This document shows positions 25,811-35,182 of a stretch of 64,000 nt of DNA, one piece after another. The translations under genes were made by a program, and so were the position numbers. Numbering within the stretch: position 1 is the stretch's first letter; every line of letters starts with the position of its first letter. Location: the IMG/VR virus record IMGVR_UViG_3300024981_000245. One strand, written 5' to 3'. The notes under the pieces were generated by a model. The model was not told the DNA's origin. It did not search any database and was given only the letters and a program-made list of their open reading frames with translations. This DNA comes from a virus.

Positions 25811-25845
25811 AGAACCCCGCCCGGAGCGATCACGGGCGGGGTTCT
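25811..25845. terminator. Intrinsic terminator after the DGQHR gene
   Basis: AGAACCCCGCCCG/CGGGCGGGGTTCT stem with T-rich tail. Confidence 0.8.
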
Positions 25846-25895
25846 TCTCGTGCAGACTCGGCTTACCTCCGCCAGTTTAGATCACAGAATCAGGA

Positions 25896-25918
25896 TTAGT
25901 CCACTAATCGGCTAGAAT
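25896..25918 (+). promoter_or_regulatory. Operator plus -10 TAGAAT; leaderless terS promoter
   Basis: Exact operator 25896-25907; -10 is 6 nt before ATG. Confidence 0.85.
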
Positions 25919-25924
25919 CGATCC

Positions 25925-26431
25925 ATGTCCGAGGATATGGAACTGAGCGAGTTCGATGAGAAGATCCTCGGGATGGCTGACTACATGAGCCCCGAGCAAA
26001 TCAGCAAGAAGCTCGGTGGCGCCGTTTCCGCAGCCAAGATCCGCCTCCAGCTTCAGCGCCTGCTCGAAGACGTCGACTGGATCACCGAGGCGCAGCGCGA
26101 GAACCTCCTCTTCCGCCGCATGCACATGATTCTCGCCAAGCTCGAGAGAATCCCCGGCTCTCAATGGGATCTCGACAACCTGAAGGTGCAGCTCGCGACC
26201 CTGAAGGAACTGGGCAACCGCTTCGACAAGCGCCGGCAGGCCAACGAGGTCGACCTCGAGCGCTACGACCGGAATGTCGCTCTTGAGATGGCCCGCGTCT
26301 ACGACATCGCCCTGTCCTATGTGAAGGGTGCCCTCCGTTCCGAGGTCGACGCCGAAAGATGGGATGAGGTCGCCCGAGCAGCGCTCGAGCATGCTCAGGG
26401 TGAGCTGATGAAGAAGGCGATCGAGGCCTAA
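25925..26431 (+). CDS. terS: Probable terminase small subunit
   Basis: N-terminal HTH-like helical protein upstream of terL. Confidence 0.55.
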   Translation: MSEDMELSEFDEKILGMADYMSPEQISKKLGGAVSAAKIRLQLQRLLEDVDWITEAQRENLLFRRMHMILAKLERIPGSQWDLDNLKVQLATLKELGNRFDKRRQANEVDLERYDRNVALEMARVYDIALSYVKGALRSEVDAERWDEVARAALEHAQGELMKKAIEA

Positions 26432-26452
26432 ATTAACTTGGCATGTGCAGCA

Positions 26453-26467
26453 TTAGTGGACTAAAAT
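26453..26467 (+). promoter_or_regulatory. Operator fused to -10 TAAAAT; leaderless promoter
   Basis: Exact operator 26453-26464; 7 nt to ATG 26475. Confidence 0.85.
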
Positions 26468-26474
26468 ACCTGTT

Positions 26475-27191
26475 ATGACAGTCTGTGGGTTTGCTGGCTG
26501 CGGTCTTCCCGTAACGTACCGCGGATACTGTCGCACGCATTACGGGCAGTGGAGAGCCGGCGAGCAACTGCGCCCATTTACCCCTCGCGTGCGGAGCGCG
26601 ACACTACGCCTCTGTTCGGTGGATGGCTGCTCTCGGCGCCATCAGGCCAAGGGCTATTGCGACGCTCACTACCAGCAGCTCAGGGCCGGGAAGCCGATTG
26701 GCCCGATACGCAGGTATGGCGAGCTGGGCAAGCCATGCCCGGCGAAAGAGTGCGGTCGTCCAATAGCCGTTGGCGGTCTCTGCTGGACCCACTACGAGCA
26801 GGCGAGGACGGGTAAAAAGCTGACGGAGATTGCTCGGCGGGAGAAACAGTCTGGCAAGTGCCTAGTTCCCACATGCGACAAGCCGGCGAAATCGAGAAGC
26901 GTATGCGGGAACCATACAAGGCTTAGGACCAACTTCAACCTCACCGACGATCAGATAGTCTCCATCTTCTCTGATCCACATTGCGAGATTTGCGGAACTA
27001 GGAATCCAGGCAAGAGATACTTCCATATGGACCATGACCATTCCTGCTGTCCGGTAGCCGGTATGTCGTGCGGAAAGTGCGTGCGCGGCCTTCTCTGCGG
27101 AGCTTGTAACCGCGGCCTGGGCTCTTTGTCAGACGATATCGAGAAGCTGCAATCAGCGATCGAATACCTGGAGAAGTACCGTGCTGCTTAG
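26475..27191 (+). CDS. Endonuclease VII-family HNH endonuclease with four N-terminal Zn repeats
   Basis: CEICG...HMDHDH...VRGLLCGACNRGLG; four C-x4-C...C..H repeats. Confidence 0.88.
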   Translation: MTVCGFAGCGLPVTYRGYCRTHYGQWRAGEQLRPFTPRVRSATLRLCSVDGCSRRHQAKGYCDAHYQQLRAGKPIGPIRRYGELGKPCPAKECGRPIAVGGLCWTHYEQARTGKKLTEIARREKQSGKCLVPTCDKPAKSRSVCGNHTRLRTNFNLTDDQIVSIFSDPHCEICGTRNPGKRYFHMDHDHSCCPVAGMSCGKCVRGLLCGACNRGLGSLSDDIEKLQSAIEYLEKYRAA

Positions 27192-28893
27192 TCCCCGGGT
27201 CTTCGACATGGCGATGGACGAGATCGCCGCGCGCTCCCGCAAGCGCATCTATCAGCACGACTATCTCGCCTGGGCGAGTGACATTCTGGGCCGTCGCTAC
27301 TACGAGAAGATGGCCGAGATCATGGTCGAGTGCGCAACACCGTCGACCAGCAAGATCCGTAACGCGATCAAGAGTGCAAACGGCTGTGGCAAGTCCTTCA
27401 CTGTCTCCGATCTCGTTACGTGGTGGGTTACCGCCTTCCCGCCGGAGGAATCGCTTGCCCTTGTCTCGGCCAACGGTAGGCAGCAGATCCAGACTGTCAT
27501 TTTCAAATACCTCAAGGATGCTTGGGGTTATATGGCAACCGAGCACAAGGCTGGGCGTCAGGGAGCGCCGACTGGATGGATCTCAGAGACGCTCGAGTGG
27601 AACTACATGAAGCCGGATGGCTCGGGTAAAGAGGCCTTGGTCATCGGCAAGCGCCCAGCAGATCAAGACATCGTCTCGAGCTTCCAGGGAACACGTAAGC
27701 GCCGCACCTTCGTGGGTCTCGATGAGATGGGCGGTCTCCCTGACGACCTACTCACGGCCGCTGAGGCCGTCGCCACGGGGCGCGATTCACGCATTGTCGG
27801 CATTGGAAACCCCGACCGCCGCGGGACCATGTTCTTCAACCTCTTTACCACTGACCAGGGCGCCGACTGGAATCTCCACACTATCTCCGCCTACGACCTG
27901 CCAACAATGACCGGTGAACACGTCTACGACGATCCCGATATCGAGGCGAAAATGCTCGATGGGCTCCAGAGTCGGCTCTGGATTGCTCACAAAGAGCGCG
28001 CTTGGATGTCTGGCGGAGAGATTGTTCCAGATGAGATGTTCCCCGCCGATCCGCAGTTCAATCGTCGCATCGGCGGGACGCCGAACGGCCGCTTCAAGGC
28101 AAAGGTGCTCGGCGAGTTCCCCGGCGATGCCGACAACACTTTCTTCAGCGAAGATCACATCAACAAGGCGATCGCGACGGAGATTGAGCCAAATGAAACC
28201 CTGCGCCCCGTTCTTGGATGTGATATCGCGACGACGGGCGAGGACGAGTCCGTCGTCTACGTGAATCGCGGCGGGCATCTTCGCCTCTTCGACAAGACCA
28301 TCTCCTACATGGATGGCAGGGAGCAGCGCGAGACTTCCGGCGTCTGGAGCAAGGAGGACACCCTCACCGCAGCCCGGCGCATCCACGCGATCGCGAAGTA
28401 CACCAACGCTAGCGAAGTTCGCATCGATGGTAATGCTGTCGGCTCTGGCGTGGCGACTGACCTCATGCGACTGGAGGAGTTCGCTGACAAGGACTACGAG
28501 GTCGTCCGCGTCGTCGGCTCATACTCGTCGAGTGACATCGCGCGCTGGAGGATCTGGCGTGACGAGATCCACGACTACTTCGCGGACCAGATGCGCGACG
28601 GTCTCCTGGACATCGATCCCGAGGACACCCAGCTCCGTGACGAGCTGATGCTCATCACGTACACGCTCGTGAGCGGCGCCATCAAGATCGACAAGAAGAG
28701 CGACATGAAGACAGTGCTCGGCGGCTCCCCCGACCGAGCCGACGCCGCCATGTACGCAGTCATCGACACGGACGCCATGCTTGAGCGCGAGCGCAGCGGC
28801 ATCCCAGACGGCGCGAAGGTCGCCGGCGACCCCAGCGACTTCATCGAGGAGATCGATGAGGCGCTCTATGACGACGGAATGCCGGACTGGTAG
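27181..28893 (+). CDS. terL: Terminase large subunit
   Basis: Walker A SANGCGKS, Walker B LDEMGG, IGNP, nuclease LGCDIA...SPDRADA. Confidence 0.95.
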   Translation: MLLSPRVFDMAMDEIAARSRKRIYQHDYLAWASDILGRRYYEKMAEIMVECATPSTSKIRNAIKSANGCGKSFTVSDLVTWWVTAFPPEESLALVSANGRQQIQTVIFKYLKDAWGYMATEHKAGRQGAPTGWISETLEWNYMKPDGSGKEALVIGKRPADQDIVSSFQGTRKRRTFVGLDEMGGLPDDLLTAAEAVATGRDSRIVGIGNPDRRGTMFFNLFTTDQGADWNLHTISAYDLPTMTGEHVYDDPDIEAKMLDGLQSRLWIAHKERAWMSGGEIVPDEMFPADPQFNRRIGGTPNGRFKAKVLGEFPGDADNTFFSEDHINKAIATEIEPNETLRPVLGCDIATTGEDESVVYVNRGGHLRLFDKTISYMDGREQRETSGVWSKEDTLTAARRIHAIAKYTNASEVRIDGNAVGSGVATDLMRLEEFADKDYEVVRVVGSYSSSDIARWRIWRDEIHDYFADQMRDGLLDIDPEDTQLRDELMLITYTLVSGAIKIDKKSDMKTVLGGSPDRADAAMYAVIDTDAMLERERSGIPDGAKVAGDPSDFIEEIDEALYDDGMPDW

Positions 28894-28900
28894 ACCGGGA

Positions 28901-28925
28901 TTAGCCCACTAATTCACCCTAAAAT
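28901..28925 (+). promoter_or_regulatory. Operator TTAGCCCACTAA plus -10 TAAAAT; leaderless portal promoter
   Basis: 7 nt to ATG 28933. Confidence 0.8.
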
Positions 28926-28932
28926 GGTGGGT

Positions 28933-30486
28933 ATGGACACCGTCGAACTGTCGCCCGATGCCGCTCTGAGCCGGGCGCAGGCGGTCATTGAGGTGATCCA
29001 CGAGAACGGCGAGTTGCGCGAGGCAATGTCCGCAGCGATGCGGGCACTGAAGGTCGAAGACGAGAACTGGACCAGCGCTTTCAGTGGCGACGGTTATGAG
29101 GGGCCGAGTCTGGAAGACATCCAGCGCGGTGCCGAGGAGATCCGCATGGCGATGGTCAAGTCGCCGATCATCGACCGGGGGGCGCAACTGCGCCACTCAT
29201 ACACATGGTCGAAGGGCGTCAAGCTTCCGAAGACGAAGCCTGCCGACTATGGCAACCGACGCGGCCCGAAGAGTCGTCTTGACAGAGCGCATGAAGCATT
29301 CCTGGATGACATCAACCAGCGCAACATCTTCAGCGACGTGGCTCACGAGGAGATGGAGCGCGCGCTCTACTCCGACGGTAACTTCTTCCTCCTCGGAGAC
29401 ATCGCATCTCGAACGCTCCGTCGTGTGCCGCTGAAGGAGATTGCCGGCTTCATCTCTAACCCCGACCACAACGACGAGGTATGGGCGTGGAAGCGGACGT
29501 GGAACTCGGTAGATGCCGATGGCAACAGCGCGACCAAGAGTGCCTGGTACTTCACCACCGACTGCCCCACCCCGCGAAAGAACCGACCGAAGAAGATCCG
29601 AGGCGTAGACGTCGACGAGTCGAAGGAGTTCCTGGTGCACTCCGTGAACCGCCAGGTTGGCTGGCCGCTCGGCATCCCCGACGCCATCGCGATCATCGCG
29701 TGGGCAAAGCTGTACAGCGAGTTCATGAAGTACGGCTACATCATGAACCGCGCCCTCGCCTCGATCGCCTTCAAGAGCGACCCGAAGACGAAGACGCAGG
29801 GCGAGAAGCAGGCGCTCCGCCTCGCGAGCGCAACGGGTGCAGGCCAGACCGCCATCGGCGCCAACGTCACTCCCCTCAACTCGGCCGGCAAGGGCTACGA
29901 CTTCGACGCGGGGCGCCCGATCGCGGCCATGGTAGCGACCGGCGTCCAGGTATCGATCGTGCACCTCTTGTCGGACCCGGGCGCCGCCGGATCCAGCTAC
30001 TCAGCCGCGGAGAGCCTCGATCTGCCGACGCGACGCGCTATTGCTGCGCGGCAAAAGTCTTGGTCGCTCTTCCTCGAGCGCGTGCTCCGCTGGATTGGCA
30101 TCGATGAGCCTGTTGTCACGTTCCCGCCGCTCGTCGACCCCGACTTCTACCGAGAGATGCAGTCCATCATCCTCGGCTGGAACTCCGGCACACTGCACGT
30201 CTCCGAGGTGCGCATGCGCCTGATTGAACTGCTCGATATCGTCACGGACGAAACCGATGCCCCCGAGGGTGTCATGCTTCCTAACAACGAGAAGTCGTGG
30301 CGGCGCGGCGATATCGATCCCAAGGATGGTCCCGCCGGTTCGACTTCATCCACGGCGTCCCCCGATCAAGGGCGTGGCAATGGCGCCGGCAACGCGCCGA
30401 CGGCGCATAGCCTCTCGATGTCGGGGTTCAACGATCCGCAAATCAGCGAGAAGTTGGAACAGATCCTCGAACTGCTGAACCGATGA
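28933..30486 (+). CDS. Portal protein
   Basis: Position after terL, ~517 aa, DGNFF and GWPLGIPD motifs. Confidence 0.85.
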   Translation: MDTVELSPDAALSRAQAVIEVIHENGELREAMSAAMRALKVEDENWTSAFSGDGYEGPSLEDIQRGAEEIRMAMVKSPIIDRGAQLRHSYTWSKGVKLPKTKPADYGNRRGPKSRLDRAHEAFLDDINQRNIFSDVAHEEMERALYSDGNFFLLGDIASRTLRRVPLKEIAGFISNPDHNDEVWAWKRTWNSVDADGNSATKSAWYFTTDCPTPRKNRPKKIRGVDVDESKEFLVHSVNRQVGWPLGIPDAIAIIAWAKLYSEFMKYGYIMNRALASIAFKSDPKTKTQGEKQALRLASATGAGQTAIGANVTPLNSAGKGYDFDAGRPIAAMVATGVQVSIVHLLSDPGAAGSSYSAAESLDLPTRRAIAARQKSWSLFLERVLRWIGIDEPVVTFPPLVDPDFYREMQSIILGWNSGTLHVSEVRMRLIELLDIVTDETDAPEGVMLPNNEKSWRRGDIDPKDGPAGSTSSTASPDQGRGNGAGNAPTAHSLSMSGFNDPQISEKLEQILELLNR

Positions 30487-30490
30487 TCAC

Positions 30491-30534
30491 TCGTTTTAGT
30501 GGACTAATTCGCCCCTACCATTGAAAGTATGACG
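30491..30534 (+). promoter_or_regulatory. Operator plus -10 TACCAT leaderless promoter; 42/44 identical to 37621-37664
   Basis: Direct comparison. Confidence 0.88.
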
Positions 30535-31455
30535 AAGCGCCTGCTCCACGAGTCCGGCGGTGCGCTGTCCGCTTCTGAGGGCAAGTGGTCGGCGACTCTC
30601 ATCACCCCAGGGACTGGATCCAGTGGGGTGTATGCCGCTGAGATGCTCGCCGAGTATGCCCCCCGCGCCTTCAAGAAGGGCATGAAGCTCTGGTGGGGTC
30701 ACCCTAAGGACGATGAAGGCCCTGGCGCACGTGATGCCCGCGACCAGTGGGGCGTCCTTGACGAGGATGCCTCCGTGAACGCCGCCGGTGAGGTTGAGGG
30801 AAAGATCCGCCTCCTCCCCCACTGGAAGGACGTCGTTGAGTCGCTCGGTGACCAAGCCTCTCTGTCCATCTATGCGATGGGTGAATCAGACAAGGACGGG
30901 AATATCACCGCGCTTCTTGAGAGCGAGGTGAACAGCGTCGACATCGTCGCATACCCCGGTCGAGCTGGATCCGGGCTGAAAGCAAAGCTTGAGGCCGCGC
31001 GTGCGGCCTCTGAAACACCTGGCGTCACCTCGGCGTCTCAGGAGAAAGAAGACGGAATGGACAAGGTTCTGGAGGCCCTCGCTGGCTTCGAGACTCGTTT
31101 CAACGCCTTCGTGAACGAGTCCAAGGTCGCCACGGCCGCGGAGGCTCAGGCCAAGGTTGACGCCGAGGCACTCGCCAACGCGGGCAAGACGGCCGTCGAG
31201 AAGTTCCGCGCTTCGATGAAGCTTATCGAAGCGGCAGAACTGCTCGAGCCGATCGCGGAGTCGCTCGCAGAGCGCGCCGCCGACGGTGAGGACATCACGG
31301 AGGCATCGATCGCCAAGGCCAAGGAGCAGTCGGAGCGGATGCTTGAGTCCGCCAAGACCCAGCTCGGCGGCTTCCACGAGGAGGCGGCAGACCGCTTCCG
31401 AGTTCACGAGACCGGCAGCGACGCTGACTTCAGCATCGCAGGATGGGGTGCCTGA
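30529..31455 (+). CDS. Capsid maturation protease / scaffold fusion
   Basis: WWGHP, SLSIYAMG, SVDIVAYPGRAG; coiled-coil C-terminus. Confidence 0.8.
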   Translation: MTKRLLHESGGALSASEGKWSATLITPGTGSSGVYAAEMLAEYAPRAFKKGMKLWWGHPKDDEGPGARDARDQWGVLDEDASVNAAGEVEGKIRLLPHWKDVVESLGDQASLSIYAMGESDKDGNITALLESEVNSVDIVAYPGRAGSGLKAKLEAARAASETPGVTSASQEKEDGMDKVLEALAGFETRFNAFVNESKVATAAEAQAKVDAEALANAGKTAVEKFRASMKLIEAAELLEPIAESLAERAADGEDITEASIAKAKEQSERMLESAKTQLGGFHEEAADRFRVHETGSDADFSIAGWGA

Positions 31456-31874
31456 TGGCCAAGAACGCGGTTTTCCCGTACAGCGAGCTGCTGACCGAGA
31501 TCTGGCCCGTGCCGAACACCACGGCGCCCGGAACTCCCCTGCTCAGCACGACCAATCAGCCCGGCGTCGCACTCGTCGGCGCCAACGGCTACGTCCAGTC
31601 GCAGGCCGTCGGCCCGTACACGATCTCTGGCATCCCCTCGGGCGGCCAGAGCCTGAAGGACGGCACCGTCTCGGTGGCAACTGATGGCACCTGGGAGTTC
31701 ACCGTCGCCGGTGCTTCCAACTCGATCGTGCAGAACACCCTGGTGTACATCACCTCGGCCGGCGCCGTCACCCTGACCGCGACGGGCAACACGCCCTTCG
31801 GCAAGGTCAACTACCCGCGGGATTACGTCTACAAGACCGGAATCCTGCCCGTCAAGATCGGAGTGTTCGTCTGA
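31455..31874 (+). CDS. Head decoration protein
   Basis: MAKNAVF..., between scaffold and capsid. Confidence 0.7.
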   Translation: MAKNAVFPYSELLTEIWPVPNTTAPGTPLLSTTNQPGVALVGANGYVQSQAVGPYTISGIPSGGQSLKDGTVSVATDGTWEFTVAGASNSIVQNTLVYITSAGAVTLTATGNTPFGKVNYPRDYVYKTGILPVKIGVFV

Positions 31875-32965
31875 TGACCGAGTACAAGGACAAGTTCACT
31901 CTCGACGGGAAGCTGACCCCGCAGCGTGGAGTGACCAAGGCCAAGGTCGCCGAGGCCAAGACCCTCATGCAGCGCGCTCTCGCCGGTGACTATGTCGCCG
32001 ACGCGGAACTGCGACGCAAGGTCACCGCCGAGGCATACTCCTCGAGCGACCTGGCGCCCGCTGTGGCGTACCTCGTCTCGCTCCAGGTGATCCCGCAGCT
32101 CGACAAGCCGGAGTACAGCGTTTCGGACCTGGCCTCGACGCGAGTCGTGCCGGACTTCCGCCCCGCGGTGCTTTACTCGCTGTACGGCGATTTGACCGGC
32201 CCGGGCCTGGACGCCAACGGCGCCCCGGTTCACGTCCCCGAGGGTACGAACTACCCGACGGTGACGGTCGCCGGCGTCGAGTCGTTCTACTCGAAGCTCC
32301 AGAAGCGCGGTGTGCGGTTCGACTTCACCTGGGAGGCCCAGGTGAACGACACGGTCGGCTTCTTCTCCGACCTGCCGCGAGAGATCGCCACCCTCGCCCA
32401 CGAGGCCGAGTACACCGAGGTTCTGGACGCCATCCTCTCCTCGACGATCGGACTCGCTGGCGGCACGCTGCCCAACGGCACTGTCGTGCCCGCTAACTCG
32501 AAGATCACGCCGGATGCCCTGTGGCAGGCGAAGATCGAGCTGGCGAACCGCACGATCAACGGCCGCAAGGTCGGCTCGCTGTCGGGCTACAACGTGCTCG
32601 TGCCCGTCGGTACGCGCGACTTCATCATGTACCTGCTCAACCAGCAGATGATCTCGTTCGACAAGAACTCGATCCGCTACACGGGTGACTCGTACTACCA
32701 GGGCGCACTCGGCAACATCACCATCGTCGAGTCGCCTCGCGTGACCGGCACCAACTGGGTCATGCTCCCGAAGCCAGGCGCCACCCGCCGCCCGTCGATC
32801 GAGCTGCTCAAGCTGCGCGGCTACGAGACCGCGGAGCTGCGAGTGCGCCAGGAGGGTGGCGATGCCTCCTTCGACACCGACACGAAGGCTTTCCGCCTGC
32901 GTCACGTCGTCGGTGGTGCGAACTGGGACGAGAAGTACGTCGTCAAGTCCACCGGCGCTGCGTAA
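31874..32965 (+). CDS. Major capsid protein
   Basis: 363 aa, strongly biased codons, followed by a terminator. Confidence 0.85.
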   Translation: MTEYKDKFTLDGKLTPQRGVTKAKVAEAKTLMQRALAGDYVADAELRRKVTAEAYSSSDLAPAVAYLVSLQVIPQLDKPEYSVSDLASTRVVPDFRPAVLYSLYGDLTGPGLDANGAPVHVPEGTNYPTVTVAGVESFYSKLQKRGVRFDFTWEAQVNDTVGFFSDLPREIATLAHEAEYTEVLDAILSSTIGLAGGTLPNGTVVPANSKITPDALWQAKIELANRTINGRKVGSLSGYNVLVPVGTRDFIMYLLNQQMISFDKNSIRYTGDSYYQGALGNITIVESPRVTGTNWVMLPKPGATRRPSIELLKLRGYETAELRVRQEGGDASFDTDTKAFRLRHVVGGANWDEKYVVKSTGAA

Positions 32966-32977
32966 ACAACGCGCCAC

Positions 32978-33008
32978 AGAGGGCCGTCCCCACAAGGGGC
33001 GGCCCTCT
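32978..33008. terminator. Hairpin after the capsid gene
   Basis: AGAGGGCCG..CCC/GGG..CGGCCCTCT. Confidence 0.7.
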
Positions 33009-33032
33009 CGCCGTTCCCGCTGGCCGCAAGGA

Positions 33033-33047
33033 TTAGTCCACTAAACT
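33033..33047 (+). promoter_or_regulatory. Operator fused to -10 TAAACT; leaderless promoter
   Basis: Exact operator 33033-33044; 6 nt to ATG. Confidence 0.85.
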
Positions 33048-33053
33048 GAGGTC

Positions 33054-33563
33054 ATGGCCAACGCAGGAGTCTTCCCCCCGGACGTCACGTCGAACGTCGG
33101 ACTTCTGCGCATTCTGATCAACGACACCGCTGGCGTCCCCCTGAGCCCGCCGGTGTCCGGTCAGGCCGACTACCCGCTCTGGTCCGACAACTCGCTCCTG
33201 GGGGCGCTCATCGTCGCTGGTGACGTTGTTTACCGCGCTGCCGGCGACCTCTACTCGGCGCTCGCGGCCGAGTACGCGCAGGATGAAGAGTCGATCAAGA
33301 CCGACGACCTCGCAGTTGACCGTAAGGGGAAGGCTGCCACCTTCCTGAAGATCGCGCAGTCCTTTTACGCGCGAGCGGACTCCGATGCCGCGACTACGGA
33401 CAGCGACTACTTCGACCTCGCGCCGATGGGCACGAGCGCCTATTCGCAGGCCGTGGAAGCGGGCGTGTGGCCCGAGCTGTGGTGCGAACAGCCCTGGGCA
33501 CCGCTGGAACCCTACGAGCCCGTCACGCCTCCCCCGCCGGCGCCCAGCGGGTACGGCTACTAA
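33054..33563 (+). CDS. Head-to-tail adaptor
   Basis: VGLLRILINDT..., IKTDDL.VD; position. Confidence 0.7.
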   Translation: MANAGVFPPDVTSNVGLLRILINDTAGVPLSPPVSGQADYPLWSDNSLLGALIVAGDVVYRAAGDLYSALAAEYAQDEESIKTDDLAVDRKGKAATFLKIAQSFYARADSDAATTDSDYFDLAPMGTSAYSQAVEAGVWPELWCEQPWAPLEPYEPVTPPPPAPSGYGY

Positions 33564-33856
33564 TGACCGCACGCGCAGAGATCGTGGGACTCAAGGGCGA
33601 TAACCTTCGCTTCGATTGCCCCGGATGTCGCGAGCCGCACATCGTCGTGGTGCCACCGCACCCGAATGCTTGGGACTGGAATGGCGATGTCCAGAGTCCG
33701 ACTCTGAGCCCGTCTATTCTTGTTCAGGGCGGTGAGAACGATGTCAGATGCCACTCTTTTGTTCGCGGTGGAGTGATCGAGTTCTTGCTGGATTGCAGTC
33801 ATGATCTTGCAGGCCAATCCGTCCAGTTGCCAGGCGCCGGAGCATACGGCTACTGA
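33563..33856 (+). CDS. DUF6527-like Cys/His protein
   Basis: CPGC...H, WNGD..SPTLSPSILV, CHSFV..G.IEFL.DCSH.LAGQ. Confidence 0.7.
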   Translation: MTARAEIVGLKGDNLRFDCPGCREPHIVVVPPHPNAWDWNGDVQSPTLSPSILVQGGENDVRCHSFVRGGVIEFLLDCSHDLAGQSVQLPGAGAYGY

Positions 33857-33883
33857 GTCGTTTCGCTACACGGCTGCTACACG

Positions 33884-33911
33884 GAAGGCTCCCGGTTGCT
33901 CGGGAGCCTTC
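33884..33911. terminator. Hairpin beside attP
   Basis: GAAGGCTCCCG/CGGGAGCCTTC perfect 11-bp stem. Confidence 0.75.
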
Positions 33912-33945
33912 TTGCCGATGGCCGAAGATCCGCGTGATTCCGGGC

Positions 33946-34012
33946 TGGTAGCGGGAGCGGGGCTTGAACCCGCGACCTCACGATTATGAGTCGTGCGCTC
34001 TCACCAACTGAG
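33946..34012 (-). pseudogene. 5'-truncated tRNA with CAT anticodon (Met/Ile2 type), attP common core
   Basis: CTCAGTTGGTGAGAGC...CTCATAA...GGTTCAAG...CCA; 5' acceptor strand absent. Confidence 0.85.
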
Positions 34013-34143
34013 AAAAGGGGGCAAACTGGCTTGTTGCGAACTGTGCGCGAGGTCGCATGTTGCGCGTCTTTTCGCGGTTTTGGCGTTCGAGCGGGGTGCG
34101 GTTAGTGGCATCTTGTGGAGGGGTGCGGCTACACATTCGCTAC

Positions 34144-35148
34144 TCACTCGAGCGCCTTGAGCACGTCGCCGAAGTCCAGATCTCCGTGGTGCGCGTAGCG
34201 CTCGGTGACCGCGATCGATGAGTGGCCCAGGAGCAGCGAGACCTTTGAGATGGCCATCCCCGACTGGAGCAACCAGGAGGCGTAGGAGTGGCGAAGGTCG
34301 TGCACTCGACCACCGGTGTCGAGCGGCGCCCAGACGGTCTTTCGCCACAGTGAGAGCTGCACGGGGAAGATTCGGTCCCGAGCGTTCTCGGCGAATGGAT
34401 CCAGTCGCTCCGCCACCCACGCGGGGACGGGAACGTCCCGGATGGCTCGAGACTTCGGGTACGGGCGCATCTGCTTCGTGCGCGTGTCCCACACCTCCGC
34501 TACTCGAATGATCCGACGTACAGGGTTGTAACGGTGTGGCATAAGCCCCACGGCCTCCCCCCACCGCAGGCCAGTGCCAGCGAGCAGGGAGATGAGCGCC
34601 TTGTCCCGCTCAGCTTCGGTGTTGTCGACGAAGCGGTCGACCTGAGCGCGGGTGAAGTACCGAACGATGTCCTTCTCGCCATTCGGCAGCTTAAGCCGGT
34701 AGGCGGGGTTAGTGGACAGAATCTCCGCATCCACGGCCGCCGACAGGGAGGCGGCGAAGATGCTGACGATTCGGTAGACGCTCGACTCCGAGAGACCCGA
34801 CGCGCCAAGCTCGGCGGCCCATGCCTTCACTTCGTAGCGAGTGATGTTGGCGAGCGGCACCTTCTCCCACTTCTTGCGGATGTGGTTGTTGACCTGTGAC
34901 ATGTCCCGGCGCAGTGTCCCCGGGGCCACATTGCGCTTCGGCCACCACTCGTCGAGCCAGTCTCCCCACGCGCGGCCGCCCGCCTTCGGGTCGCGCCATC
35001 CCGGCTTGTTCGCCGCCTCCTCGGCATCGATCGCCTTCGCAAGCGCCTGTTCCCAGTACGGGTAGGTTCCTGCTGAGCGAGTCTTGCCGTCGGGCCCGCG
35101 GTAGAGCCCGCGGTACTTGCCGCTGGGCGACTTCTGATACCAAGCCAT
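34144..35148 (-). CDS. int: Tyrosine integrase (leaderless)
   Basis: TGLRWGE, HDLRHSYASW, LLGHS...TERY; adjacent attP; -10 TACTCT 6 nt before ATG. Confidence 0.95.
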   Translation of the reverse strand: MAWYQKSPSGKYRGLYRGPDGKTRSAGTYPYWEQALAKAIDAEEAANKPGWRDPKAGGRAWGDWLDEWWPKRNVAPGTLRRDMSQVNNHIRKKWEKVPLANITRYEVKAWAAELGASGLSESSVYRIVSIFAASLSAAVDAEILSTNPAYRLKLPNGEKDIVRYFTRAQVDRFVDNTEAERDKALISLLAGTGLRWGEAVGLMPHRYNPVRRIIRVAEVWDTRTKQMRPYPKSRAIRDVPVPAWVAERLDPFAENARDRIFPVQLSLWRKTVWAPLDTGGRVHDLRHSYASWLLQSGMAISKVSLLLGHSSIAVTERYAHHGDLDFGDVLKALE

Positions 35149-35182
35149 TGCGAAAGAGTAGCAAACTGGGCATCTGTCGGCG

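Larger units (their letters stand above)
33865..34145. mobile_element. attP: tRNA(CAT) 3' core with integrase arm-type repeats
   Basis: Core 33946-34012; GCTAC(A/T)C pairs with 11-bp period at 33865/33876 and 34128/34139. Confidence 0.82.

Noticed and set aside
33946-34012. Functional tRNA-Met/Ile2
   Set aside because: The 5' acceptor strand is missing; position next to int marks it as the attP core
34709-34720. Operator inside int (TTAGTGGACAGA); also 4270 TTAGTGGGCAGT
   Set aside because: Right half-site is broken (2-3 mismatches) and there is no linked -10; not counted
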